A stretch of 20,297 bases of DNA from Archangium sp. Lineage in GTDB: Bacteria; Myxococcota; Myxococcia; Myxococcales; Myxococcaceae. Each line of letters starts with the position of its first letter. The stretch's first letter is position 1. The DNA lies in assembly GCA_031367385.1 (NCBI GenBank), contig JANLPS010000221.1, positions 1 through 20,297 of the forward strand, read 5' to 3'. Shown one piece after another: positions 1 to 8,959 of the stretch. The translations under genes and the position numbers were made by a program. The notes under the pieces are model-generated. The model ran no database searches. It was not told the origin of the DNA and saw only the letters and a list, made by a program, of their open reading frames with translations.

Positions 1-1
1 C

Positions 2-100
2 GCCATCGCCGGGGGCATCTACGCGGGCATTCGTGCCTCATCTCAACCGGTCAAGACCACCACTACGCTGGGCGACATCGATTGGCGCGCGACTCCATGA
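2..100 (+). CDS. 3' end of a gene truncated by the window edge (end of a hydrophobic/Gly-rich segment plus short tail)
   Basis: Open frame from nt 2: AIAGGIYAGIRASSQPVKTTTTLGDIDWRATP*. Its TGA (98-100) overlaps the next ATG (ATGA, 97-100), a typical translational coupling. Confidence 0.6.
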   Translation, partial: AIAGGIYAGIRASSQPVKTTTTLGDIDWRATP

Positions 101-1062
101 CTTCGTCTCGAATTGCAGCAGTGGGGGTGGTGCTGGCGCTGGTGTTTTCGTGTGGCCCCAAACCCGACACGGCGCTGGTGGTGACGGTGAAGTGGCCAGC
201 GACCAGTGACATCTTCGTGCTCGAGTTCAGCGGCCCGGCCGCGGGCGAGTCGACGCGGGTACCAGCCAGCGTACCGGCCAACCCCCTGACCAGCGATCAA
301 ACGGCGCGCATTCTCGTGGCCGAGAGCGAGGCGGGCAAGATGCTCGCGGTCACGGTCAGCGGGCTCAACCACGACCTGGCGCCTGCCTGGGTCGGCTCGG
401 CGACGAGCCCGGCCATCGTGGCCAGCAAAGAGACCGCGATGACGGTGACGCTCGGGCCAGTAGACGCTGGGTATTGCTTCGGGCCCTATGAGGCGAGCAA
501 GCAAGCGGGCCTCTACGTCGTGGGCTGCGAGACGAACGCCATGGCGTGTACCTCGTGCGGCACCGGCTCAGATCGCTGCATCGCTGGGGCGTGCTCGTGC
601 GGTACCCACGAGGCGTGCGGGCCGGGGTTGCTGTGCGTGCGAGACGGGTCGGGCGCGGCGATCTGCGCGTGCAGCACGTTGTCGAATTGCCAGGGCTGTT
701 GCAACGGCACCACCGAGTGCGTGCCCTACGCCTCGCAAGACAAAACCAAGTGCGCGACGGCGGGCAACCAGTGCGAGAGGAGCTGCAACCTCGCGTGCAC
801 GTCTGGGGCGTGCGCGGCGCTTGACCTGACCTGCACAGGCGCGAGATGCCTGTCGGGCACTAAGTGCCAGAACATTGCGTTTCCCACCTGTCTTGAGGCG
901 GGCACCAAGCGCTGCATGGCCTGCGACGTGTACCGAAGCAACCTCTGCAGTGCCAGTGGCGGCTGCGTATGCGGGCCGAACATGCAGGTGTGCACGGCGA
1001 ACCAGCTGTGTCTGCCGCTGGGCCCCAATGGCGCGGCGATTTGTGCCTCACCGAACCCGTAA
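97..1062 (+). CDS. Cysteine-rich lipoprotein
   Basis: Start at ATG 97 (ATGA overlap). Signal peptide with lipobox-like end MTSSRIAAVGVVLALVFS-C. About 100 aa beta-rich segment, then 32 Cys (hand count) in the last ~195 aa. Confidence 0.85.
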   Translation: MTSSRIAAVGVVLALVFSCGPKPDTALVVTVKWPATSDIFVLEFSGPAAGESTRVPASVPANPLTSDQTARILVAESEAGKMLAVTVSGLNHDLAPAWVGSATSPAIVASKETAMTVTLGPVDAGYCFGPYEASKQAGLYVVGCETNAMACTSCGTGSDRCIAGACSCGTHEACGPGLLCVRDGSGAAICACSTLSNCQGCCNGTTECVPYASQDKTKCATAGNQCERSCNLACTSGACAALDLTCTGARCLSGTKCQNIAFPTCLEAGTKRCMACDVYRSNLCSASGGCVCGPNMQVCTANQLCLPLGPNGAAICASPNP

Positions 1063-1070
1063 CGCTGCCG

Positions 1071-2702
1071 CTACAACCAGCTTGGTGCGGCGCGCTGCAG
1101 ACCAGTGAGGGCTCGTTCAGCCGCGCGCACGCCGTGAAAATTCGCTTCTTCGAACAGGGCGAGCCCACCCAGGTCTGAGTGCGCGAAGTGCAAGGCGCCA
1201 AGTGACTGCTGGGCGGCTTGACGCTGGGGGCCCCAGACGAACCCCGGCGTCGGCCTTATCATCGCGTGACCCCACCGCATCACCTCGAGCCGCTCGAGCT
1301 GCCGGTCGAGCCCGACGTGCGCGGGGAGCACGTCAGCCAAGATCAACGCGTGCCAGTCGTCGAAGGTGGTGGCGAGCAGCTTGGTGCGCTCGGCGACGAC
1401 GTCGTGGCCGGCGAGCGGGTAGTACCAGGTGAGCACCGTGGGGCCGTGGTCGTCGGCGCGTTCGCGTTGATGGGTGGCGACGACGTAGCCCAGGCTCTTG
1501 CTGTCGTAGAGCACGTTGTCCCAACAGAGGGGGTACCCGCGGCTGCGCGGTGGCGAGGCGACCGTGGCATTGGCGACGACCCATGGGCTGTAGGTGAAGG
1601 CCTTGAGCCAGCTGGGTTTTTCGACCCGCCATGGCTCGACGAGGTACCCGGCGACGAAGCGAGGCGTGGCCAGCACCAGCTGCTTGGCGCGAAAGCGGAG
1701 CGGCATTTTCTTCACCGCGTCGAAGGCGTGCGCGTACCAGTCGGTGCTTCCTTCAATTGGGCTGACGGTGTGCACGAGCACGTTGCGGCGTTGACGATCG
1801 GCTCCGATGGCGTCGCTCAGGTGGCGAATCAGGCGCCCGTTGCCTTCGGGCCAGCTCAAGAAGCCGTCGTTCTTCTCGAGGCCGGTTTGCCGAGCGGCGA
1901 AGTACCAGATGGCCGCCCAGGCAGAGGTGTCGGCGGCGCTGGCGCCGTAGTCATCACGACAGGCGTAGTCGACCAACCAAGTCAGGCGCGGCGAGGTGTA
2001 GTGCTGCGAGGTGAGCCAGTCGGCCATGCTCAGTGCGTCGAGCGCGGTCCACTCCGCGTCGTCGCTGCCGAATTCGAGCGGCACGGCGAAGGCTTTGCGA
2101 CCCTTGCCGTCACGAGCGCCCGCGAAGGCTGACATCTGCGCATCGAAGCGGGCCAGCTGGGCGAGGTCATCGGCGCTGGCGCCTGCGCGCAGGTAGAGGC
2201 CCTCATACCAGCTGCCCCGGTAGAACAGGCGCTCCTCGGGCTCGCGCACCAGGTGTTGCTCGGCGAACTGCGGAGCACCCAGATCATCGACCGAGGTCAG
2301 CACGCCCATTTCTCCGAGCAGCTTCGGCACCGGGCCCTGCATGGTGAGCGGCGCGGGCAGATAGTGCGCCCCCCAGGGGAAGGCGGAGACCTCGTTCTGC
2401 CCAGAACGCGCGGTGCCACCGATGACGTCATCGACCTCGAGCACGAGAAAGTCGTCGGCCCCGGCGGCACGGAGTCTCCACCCGGCCGAGAGCCCAGCGG
2501 CGCCACCGCCGACGATGAGAACGTCGAGCACCGCGGTGTCTTGTGTGGCTCGCGGGAGCGGTGGCCCCCGGAGCAGGTGACCGGTGCCGTGAACGCGGTC
2601 GACGAGCGCACCGGGAACCGAGGGGGCCGCGGGGCGGCGGCACGCGGCGTTGGCGGCGGCGGCGCCGAGGAAAGTCACCAACACGTCGCGCCGGGTCATC
2701 AT
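1071..2702 (-). CDS. FAD-dependent oxidoreductase (flavin amine-oxidase-like) with twin-arginine signal
   Basis: MMTRRDVLVTFLGAAAANAAC (Tat-like; possible lipoprotein Cys). Rossmann motif DVLIVGGGAAGLSAG...LEVDDVIGG, WGAHY, RWGHAMIRP, C-terminal FAHSDLGGLALFEEA. Start chosen at 2702 (2699 alternative). Confidence 0.88.
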   Translation of the reverse strand: MMTRRDVLVTFLGAAAANAACRRPAAPSVPGALVDRVHGTGHLLRGPPLPRATQDTAVLDVLIVGGGAAGLSAGWRLRAAGADDFLVLEVDDVIGGTARSGQNEVSAFPWGAHYLPAPLTMQGPVPKLLGEMGVLTSVDDLGAPQFAEQHLVREPEERLFYRGSWYEGLYLRAGASADDLAQLARFDAQMSAFAGARDGKGRKAFAVPLEFGSDDAEWTALDALSMADWLTSQHYTSPRLTWLVDYACRDDYGASAADTSAWAAIWYFAARQTGLEKNDGFLSWPEGNGRLIRHLSDAIGADRQRRNVLVHTVSPIEGSTDWYAHAFDAVKKMPLRFRAKQLVLATPRFVAGYLVEPWRVEKPSWLKAFTYSPWVVANATVASPPRSRGYPLCWDNVLYDSKSLGYVVATHQRERADDHGPTVLTWYYPLAGHDVVAERTKLLATTFDDWHALILADVLPAHVGLDRQLERLEVMRWGHAMIRPTPGFVWGPQRQAAQQSLGALHFAHSDLGGLALFEEANFHGVRAAERALTGLQRAAPSWL

Positions 2703-2803
2703 GAGCGGGCGCACCGTAGCAACTTCGCTCCGACCAGCGCGCCTTTGGAGCGTGCCGGCCACCCCCTCAAGGGCCCCGGCATTCGATGACCCGGAGACGG
2801 CAC

Positions 2804-2830
2804 TCGCGGCACCGGGCAGGCGTGCCGCGA
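2804..2830. repeat. Perfect 9-bp inverted repeat (TCGCGGCAC-9 nt-GTGCCGCGA) in the selB/oxidoreductase spacer
   Basis: Read directly. No U-tract on either side, so not a clear intrinsic terminator. Confidence 0.6.
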
Positions 2831-2887
2831 CCCAGGAGGTGGCTCAGGCTCGCCGCAACGCACACTGGCTCACCTCAACGTGACGCC

Positions 2888-4795
2888 TCAGCGCGTGCGC
2901 AGGGTTCTGACGTCGCCGACCCGCAGCGTCACCCGCTTCGCGTCGAAATACTCAGCCAGCGGTATCGCGAATTTGCGGCTCTGCCCGACCAGCTCTTTGA
3001 ACTGCGCGGTCGTCATCGGGGCATTCGCAGAGCGCTCGAAAGCGTCACGCACCCGGTGCTCGAGCGCGCTCACCGCGCCCGCATCGAAGTACAGCGCCCC
3101 AGCGGAGATCAGGACATTTTGCGCCACCAACCCGCGAAGCAACGCGGTCAAGCGAGCGACGTCGATGCCCAACCTCGATGCCACCAGCTCGAGCGCGGGA
3201 GGCGCCAACCCAGCCGCCGCATAGGCCGCACGCACCTGCGCGCTCAGGCCCTCGCTCGCGGCGTCGAGCGTGCGACCCCTGCCCGGTAAGCGCACAGCGT
3301 CACCGACGAGCTCGACCCGCTTCGCATCAGTGAGCGCGCTCAGCACCTTCGCGAAGGTTCGCTCCTGCTCCAGCCCCAAGCGTTGTCGAAGCTCTTCTCG
3401 GGGCATGCCCTCTCGCTGTGCGAGCTCGTGATGAAACACCTCGAGCCGCCCCAGCGCGCGCTGCTTGAGGGTCTCGAGCACGGCCTGCGCGAGCCACCGC
3501 CGTGACTCCTTGTCGACCAGCACCACCCGGCCGCGGCTGGCGGTGAGCTCGAGCACCCGTACGAGCTCTTTGTTCGACATCGACGCCCGGCTGAAGAGCG
3601 CTGGCTCGGTGAGCCCCTGGGCGCCGGCCGCGGTCAAGAGCCACACGATGCGGGTCTCGGCGTCGCCGTGGGCAAAAGTGGCGAGGTCGCTGGGCACTCC
3701 TTTGCGTCGGCGCTTGCCGTTGAGCGCGAGCACCCGGCCTCCCCCGAGGGTGGTGCCGCGGCCGCTGAGCGCGCGACTGCCTCGAAGAATGAACCGCAAC
3801 CCCGGAGCCGCCGCGATCGCTCTCGACAGCCGCAGCTGCGCGAACCCGGTCTGGCCGGGCGCCAGCGAATCGACCTCGAGCAGCTGCACGACCGCTTCGA
3901 CCTGTGAGGTGCCCAGCGCCACCAACTGCCTCGAACGCCGTGGGAGTGCATGCGCACTACCCGGCAGCACCGTGAGCTCGACATCGAGTGCGCTGGCCGC
4001 CGCCAATTCGCCTGGCCGGGTCAGGGCCATGCCCCGCTGCACCTCGGCCGTCTCGAGGCCAGCCAGGTTCACCGCTGCTCGCTGCCCGGCCGTGACTCGC
4101 TCGACTGTCGTGCCATGCACCTGCAACCCACGCAAGCGCAGCGTGTGCACCGAAGGCGTCAACGCGACGAGCTCGTTCGAGCTCAGCTGCCCAGAGTGCA
4201 CCGTGCCCGTCACCACGCACCCGAAGCCCTTGATGGTGAACGCGCGATCGATGGGCATGAACAGTGGGCCGTCGACCGGCCTGCTCGACGTGAGCACCTG
4301 CGAGAGCGTTTCACGCAGCGTCTCGATGCCGTGCAATGACCTGGCGCTCACCTCGACGCGCTTCGCGTTCTGCAGAAACGTGCCCTTCACCAACGCCTCG
4401 AGGTCGGCGTCGAGCATCGCGCGCCACTCCGCGCCGAGGTCTGGCAGCAGGTCGGCCTTCGAGACGACCACGAGCCCCGAGGTGACTCCGAGCAGGCCGC
4501 AGATGTCGAGGTGCTCGCGCGTTTGGGGCATCACCCCTTCGTCGGCGGCAATCACCAGCAGCACCGCGTCGAGGCCAGCCGCGCCAGCAGCCATCGCTTT
4601 GACGAAGCGCTCGTGGCCCGGCATGTCGATCAGGCTCACGACCCGGCCATCAGCCAGCGTCAAGTGCGCGAAGCCCAGCTCGAGGGTCATGCCGCGCTTT
4701 TTTTCTTCTGGGAGCCGATCAGTGTCGATGCCGGTGAGCGCCTTGACCAGGGCAGTCTTGCCGTGGTCGACGTGACCAGCGGTGCCGACGATCAT
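2888..4795 (-). CDS. selB: Selenocysteine-specific translation elongation factor SelB
   Basis: GTAGHVDHGKT (G1), GMTLELGF, DMPGHE (G3), SKAD (G4), IDRAFTIKGFGCVVTGT, and the C-terminal winged-helix SECIS-binding motif SRKFAIPLAEYFD...VGDVR; 635 aa. Confidence 0.97.
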   Translation of the reverse strand: MIVGTAGHVDHGKTALVKALTGIDTDRLPEEKKRGMTLELGFAHLTLADGRVVSLIDMPGHERFVKAMAAGAAGLDAVLLVIAADEGVMPQTREHLDICGLLGVTSGLVVVSKADLLPDLGAEWRAMLDADLEALVKGTFLQNAKRVEVSARSLHGIETLRETLSQVLTSSRPVDGPLFMPIDRAFTIKGFGCVVTGTVHSGQLSSNELVALTPSVHTLRLRGLQVHGTTVERVTAGQRAAVNLAGLETAEVQRGMALTRPGELAAASALDVELTVLPGSAHALPRRSRQLVALGTSQVEAVVQLLEVDSLAPGQTGFAQLRLSRAIAAAPGLRFILRGSRALSGRGTTLGGGRVLALNGKRRRKGVPSDLATFAHGDAETRIVWLLTAAGAQGLTEPALFSRASMSNKELVRVLELTASRGRVVLVDKESRRWLAQAVLETLKQRALGRLEVFHHELAQREGMPREELRQRLGLEQERTFAKVLSALTDAKRVELVGDAVRLPGRGRTLDAASEGLSAQVRAAYAAAGLAPPALELVASRLGIDVARLTALLRGLVAQNVLISAGALYFDAGAVSALEHRVRDAFERSANAPMTTAQFKELVGQSRKFAIPLAEYFDAKRVTLRVGDVRTLRTR

Positions 4796-5448
4796 GCGCC
4801 TGCGGTATCAGGGTCGAAGCGCGAGTCCTCGACCACCGCCTGGTAGTCCCAAGGGAAGACGAAGAAGGTGTCTTCGGTGAACGAGACGAAGTCGGGCGCG
4901 AACCCACTGGGCCGGCTGACCAACGCCGCGGTCGCCAGCTTGTTCGCTCCAGCTGATTTCGCCAGGCGGCGCGCCATCTCGAGCCCATCACCCGAGCCGG
5001 CGACGTCATCGACCAGCAACACCCGTTTGCCCTTGAGCTCGGCTGGCATCTCTTCAGACAACGCCGGAGTGGTTCTCACGCCCAGGTCACGTGAACGCCG
5101 GGTGATGCGCACCGGGTAGAAGTCGACCTTCAACGCGCTGGCGATCGCGCCGCCGACGAAGACGCCGCCGTGCGCGATACCGACCACCGCCTGCGGTTTG
5201 AACGTCTTGAGGCTCGCGCGTGCCAACGCTTGCACCTGGCGATCGAACTCGGCCCATGACAGCTCGCGGGTCGAGCCCTTGCGATTCGAGCGGTCCATGC
5301 CGATGGCTTCGCGGGCGGTGTTGGGTACTCCCCCGGCCGCGCCGTACATGTCTTGCACCGGGGCCGCGACCACGAGGGTCTTGGGCTTGCTCTTGCTCGG
5401 CGACTTCTTCTTCTTGGGAGCCGCGGCTCGTTTGGGGTGCACAGCCAT
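4792..5448 (-). CDS. Type I phosphoribosyltransferase (Gpt-like) with Lys-rich N-terminal extension
   Basis: LSWAEF, VVGIAHGG, PRPP-loop VLLVDDVAGSGDGL, FFVFPWD. Stop overlaps the selB start (ATGA). Confidence 0.88.
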   Translation of the reverse strand: MAVHPKRAAAPKKKKSPSKSKPKTLVVAAPVQDMYGAAGGVPNTAREAIGMDRSNRKGSTRELSWAEFDRQVQALARASLKTFKPQAVVGIAHGGVFVGGAIASALKVDFYPVRITRRSRDLGVRTTPALSEEMPAELKGKRVLLVDDVAGSGDGLEMARRLAKSAGANKLATAALVSRPSGFAPDFVSFTEDTFFVFPWDYQAVVEDSRFDPDTAGA

Positions 5449-5470
5449 CGAGGGAGCATAGCTGCCCAGA

Positions 5471-6592
5471 TCAGCCGCAGAACTGCAAAATGGCGTGTTC
5501 CAACATCGTGGCGGCGGCGAAGAGCTCGTCTCTGGGTACGAATTCGCCGGTCTGGTGCGCCACCGTGATGTCTCCAGCGCCGAACACCACCGGAGTCGCT
5601 CCGAGCGCCGCCATCATCGGAGCCTCGGTGCCGAAAGAGACGGTGTCGGGAGTTTTCCCACTCAGGCGGGCCAGGCACTGCACCACGTCGGCCTCGACGT
5701 CAGTCGCGAACCCCCGGTCGAGCCGGAGCGGTTTGATCACCGCGTGAAAGCCCGGCTCTTCGGTTTTCAGCTGAGCGATGATGCCCTCGAGGGCGCGCAG
5801 CACCTCGTCGGTGGGTTGGCCGGGCAGGGGTCTCCACTCGAGGGTGAATTGGCAGTGGCCGGCGATGACGTTCTTGGCCTTGCCGCCGTTGATCATGCCC
5901 ACGTTGAGCGTCGAGAACGCCGGTACGAAGCTCGAGTCGACCGTTTGCCGCAGCGCGTTCTGAGAATAGGCCTCGAGGCGGGCCAGCAGCCGCGCGGCGC
6001 GAAACACGGCCGAGGCGCCGGTGTCAGGGTAGGCGCTGTGCCCCTCTTTCCCTCCAACGTCGACCTCGGCGAGGCAGTAGCCTTTGTTGGCGCGAATCGG
6101 CCGCAGTGAGGTCGGCTCACCCACGATGGCGCGGCGTGCTCGCCCTTTGCCCGCTTCGACCAACTTCTTCGCGCCGACACAACCGAGCTCTTCGTCAGCG
6201 GTGAAGATCAGCGCGAGGGCCTTGGTGCGCTTGCCTTGCGTTCGCTGCGCCGCCGTCAGGGCGCACGAGATGAACGACTTGGTGTCGCACGAGCCACGGC
6301 CGTACAACTTGCCGTCTCGCTCGGTCAGCGTGAGCGCCTCGCGCCATTGGGCATCGAAGGGTACGCAGTCTGAGTGACCGACCAGCGCCAGCTCGGGCAG
6401 GCCCGACCCCGAGGTGCCAATCAAGTTCACCTTTTCGACCCCCGCGGCGTCGACGTAGGGCACCCGCTCGCAGGCAAAACCGAGCTCGACCAGGCGGCGC
6501 TCGAGAAATGAAATGATCGGGGCGTTGGGGCGGGTCGACGTCGAGTCGATCGCCACGAGCTCTGAGAGCAACGATACGAGCGCGTCAGACAT
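5471..6592 (-). CDS. argE: Acetylornithine deacetylase (M20 family)
   Basis: GHSDCVP, LYGRGSCDTK, ADEELG, IVGEPT, GHSA, GGKAKNVI, FGTEA, AHQTGEF. Start placed at MSDALV (6592). Confidence 0.9.
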   Translation of the reverse strand: MSDALVSLLSELVAIDSTSTRPNAPIISFLERRLVELGFACERVPYVDAAGVEKVNLIGTSGSGLPELALVGHSDCVPFDAQWREALTLTERDGKLYGRGSCDTKSFISCALTAAQRTQGKRTKALALIFTADEELGCVGAKKLVEAGKGRARRAIVGEPTSLRPIRANKGYCLAEVDVGGKEGHSAYPDTGASAVFRAARLLARLEAYSQNALRQTVDSSFVPAFSTLNVGMINGGKAKNVIAGHCQFTLEWRPLPGQPTDEVLRALEGIIAQLKTEEPGFHAVIKPLRLDRGFATDVEADVVQCLARLSGKTPDTVSFGTEAPMMAALGATPVVFGAGDITVAHQTGEFVPRDELFAAATMLEHAILQFCG

Positions 6593-6679
6593 GCGCGCAG
6601 ATGTAGCATGTGCGGCCACCGTTCACGCGCGCTACGCTCGCGGGGCGCATCGAAAGGGGCCAGCACCATTCAGGGTCGA

Positions 6680-7885
6680 TTGAAGGGTCTGCTCGCCGCG
6701 GGCGTGTTGAGCGCGGCTGTCGCGTGGGCTGATGGCGAGCCGGGCCTCGATGGCGGGTCGGTCATCGAGCTCGATGCGGGCGTCACTGCCGCCGCTGAGA
6801 CTCAGCGGTTCGACCTCGTGCCGTTGCCCGCGCTCGGGTACGACAGTCAACAAGGGCTGATCTTCGGAGCGAACATCGGTCTGTACTGGCGCGCCCCAGG
6901 TTTCGCGCCCTATCAATATGCGCTCAGCGCGCTGGTGCTCTTCACCACCTTCGGCGGGCAAGATCATCGCCTGCAGTTCACGGCTCCAGATTTCTTGGGC
7001 TCGAAGTACCGACCGTCAATTCTGTTCGGGTTCTCACGCGAGCTGGTTCGCAATTTTTACGGCATCGGCAACACCGTCACGTTGATCGCAGACGACGATC
7101 GCCGCATCGCCAACCAGTACTACGCGTACCAGTTCACCTCGTGGTACGGCGCCCTCGATGTCGAGCGAAAGCTCTCCGGGTATTGGAAAGTGGGCGCGCG
7201 GTATCAGCTGCGAACGCTCGACACCCGCCTCTACGCAGGCTCGTTACTCGAAGCGATGCGCCCAGATGCGGCGCGGTTTTTGATCAACAGCGAGCTCCAG
7301 GCTGACGTGGTGTACGACTCGAGAGATCAAGAGGCCTCTCCGACGAAGGGCATCTTCGCGCAGCTCTCGATGCGCGCCTCGCATGCGGCGCTGGGCTCGC
7401 AGATCAATTACCTCGGCGGCCTGGCTGAAATTCGCGCGTTCTATTCGCCCTTCAACATCGGCCCGCGGCTGGTGCTCGCCACGCGGCTGCTCTTCGATGT
7501 CATCGGCGGAGACGTGCCCGTCGCGCTGCTGCCGACCTTCAGCGGGCGCACCCACTACCTCGATGGGCTCGGAGGCGCGAATTCGGTGCGTGGCCTGCTG
7601 CGCTTTCAATACGTCGGCAAGATGAAAGCGTTGGGCAACCTCGAGGTGCGCTCACGTCTCATTCGCTTCAACCTCTTCGCTCGCCCATTCGACATCTGGG
7701 CTGTGGCGTTCGTTGATGTCGGTCGTGCCTGGGCCGAGCTGAAGCACGAAGGCAAGGTCGACCTGCACCCCTCGTTCGGCGGCGGCATTCGCCTCGCGTA
7801 CGTCGACGACTTCGTCTTTCGGGTCGACTACGGGTTTGGCGAAGGCCACCAGGCGCTCGCGGTGGTCATCGAGCAGCTGTTCTAG
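6680..7885 (+). CDS. Omp85 (BamA/TamA-family) outer-membrane beta-barrel without obvious POTRA domains
   Basis: Signal peptide LKGLLAAGVLSAAVAWA (TTG start 6680 assumed; ORF open from 6608). Alternating beta strands, YDSRD..SPTKG, loop-6 SVRG, AFVDVG, C-terminal Phe (EQLF). Confidence 0.85.
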   Translation: MKGLLAAGVLSAAVAWADGEPGLDGGSVIELDAGVTAAAETQRFDLVPLPALGYDSQQGLIFGANIGLYWRAPGFAPYQYALSALVLFTTFGGQDHRLQFTAPDFLGSKYRPSILFGFSRELVRNFYGIGNTVTLIADDDRRIANQYYAYQFTSWYGALDVERKLSGYWKVGARYQLRTLDTRLYAGSLLEAMRPDAARFLINSELQADVVYDSRDQEASPTKGIFAQLSMRASHAALGSQINYLGGLAEIRAFYSPFNIGPRLVLATRLLFDVIGGDVPVALLPTFSGRTHYLDGLGGANSVRGLLRFQYVGKMKALGNLEVRSRLIRFNLFARPFDIWAVAFVDVGRAWAELKHEGKVDLHPSFGGGIRLAYVDDFVFRVDYGFGEGHQALAVVIEQLF

Positions 7886-8823
7886 CTCGCCGGCTCGAGC
7901 ACCCGCCCGTCGTCGAAGACGTAGTGCTCGAGGTACTGACCGAGCTTCACGTTCGACTTGGCGATCAGCGCGACGCCGTGCAGAAATGGCGCGAGCAACG
8001 AAAAGCCTTCTGGCGCGGTGGCTCGCACATCTCCACCGACATCGATGGCCTCGGCCTTTGCCTTCGCGCTCTTGCGTACCCACGCGCGGCCGCCAGAGAA
8101 CCGCTCGGCCCAGATCAACTTCAACGGTACGACCTCACGGCCCGCGGCGTCGATGTACCCGAAGCGGCCTCGCCGCTGAACCAAGGCCCGGCCATCGCTG
8201 AACGTCGACGCCGCCGAGAACGGCCCGGGTATGACGATCTCTCCCGAACGGTTCACATAGCTGAACCCCTTTGGCAACTTCACCGGCGCCAGACCCTCGA
8301 CGAACGAGTCGGCGGCCCCCGCGACGCGGAGCACGGTGTCTCCCTCGTCGTTGACGTACTGCCATTGCCCTTCATCGAACGCGGCACTGAGGCCTTGCGA
8401 AAATGGCCTGGCGAACTCGAGCTGTCGAGCGTGGGCGTAGCTGCCATCGAGCCGAATGACCCGTGACGTGTCTTTGACGCGAATGACCGCGAGGTTCTCG
8501 CGAAACGACGCCGGCACGTCGAGCACCGGAGCGTCGAGCACCGCCCCCACCGGGTCGACGAAGCGGTGCACACCGCCCCGGGTCGCGCAGGCGAAGCCGC
8601 ACGAGAACCAACTGGCGCCATTGAGCTCAGCTGGTATCTGCAGCTCGCCCCGTTCGTCGACGAAGCCGTAACGGCCAGCCACCCGAACCAGCGAGCGGCC
8701 CTCTGAAAACCGCGCCGCGAAGTCGTAGCGAGGGTCGAGCCGCCACTGGCCCTGACGGTCGATGAAGCCCACCTGGCCCGAGCCCCGCCGCAGCGGCAGC
8801 AAGTCATTCATTGCGCGCCGCAT
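7882..8823 (-). CDS. WG-repeat (KWG-like) protein
   Basis: Roughly eight ~36-aa repeats of the form (Y/F)G(F/Y)(I/V)D..G...I.P......FS(E/D)G.A.V. Start at 8823 or 8811. Stop shares CTAG (7882-7885) with the convergent Omp85 stop. Confidence 0.88.
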   Translation of the reverse strand: MRRAMNDLLPLRRGSGQVGFIDRQGQWRLDPRYDFAARFSEGRSLVRVAGRYGFVDERGELQIPAELNGASWFSCGFACATRGGVHRFVDPVGAVLDAPVLDVPASFRENLAVIRVKDTSRVIRLDGSYAHARQLEFARPFSQGLSAAFDEGQWQYVNDEGDTVLRVAGAADSFVEGLAPVKLPKGFSYVNRSGEIVIPGPFSAASTFSDGRALVQRRGRFGYIDAAGREVVPLKLIWAERFSGGRAWVRKSAKAKAEAIDVGGDVRATAPEGFSLLAPFLHGVALIAKSNVKLGQYLEHYVFDDGRVLEPAS

Positions 8824-8959
8824 GCTACGCGAAGGCGGTGCCCTGAGCGCTGACTTTGACCTGCCACCCCGAGTGGTCAGCCCGGCGCTGCAGAAGGCCT
8901 CAGGTCGTTGAAAGCGTGAACGACGCGGCGGTATGAATGAACGAGGCCTTGGTTCAAAC

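Noticed and set aside
2703..2887. tRNA-Sec (selC) next to selB
   Set aside because: No cloverleaf, UCA anticodon arm or T-loop recognisable on either strand.
2866..2890. Sec readthrough of the selB UGA via an adjacent SECIS-like hairpin
   Set aside because: The loop is only 8 nt from the UGA, shorter than typical bacterial SECIS spacing. A second UGA follows five codons later, SelB is already full length, and UGA is the common stop in GC-rich genomes.
3465..4775. Long alternative ORFs (436 aa here; also 1218-2132, 10958-12115, 11827-13134, 13110-14015, 18248-19285, 19480-20163)
   Set aside because: They overlap well-supported genes, lack motifs and are expected from high GC.
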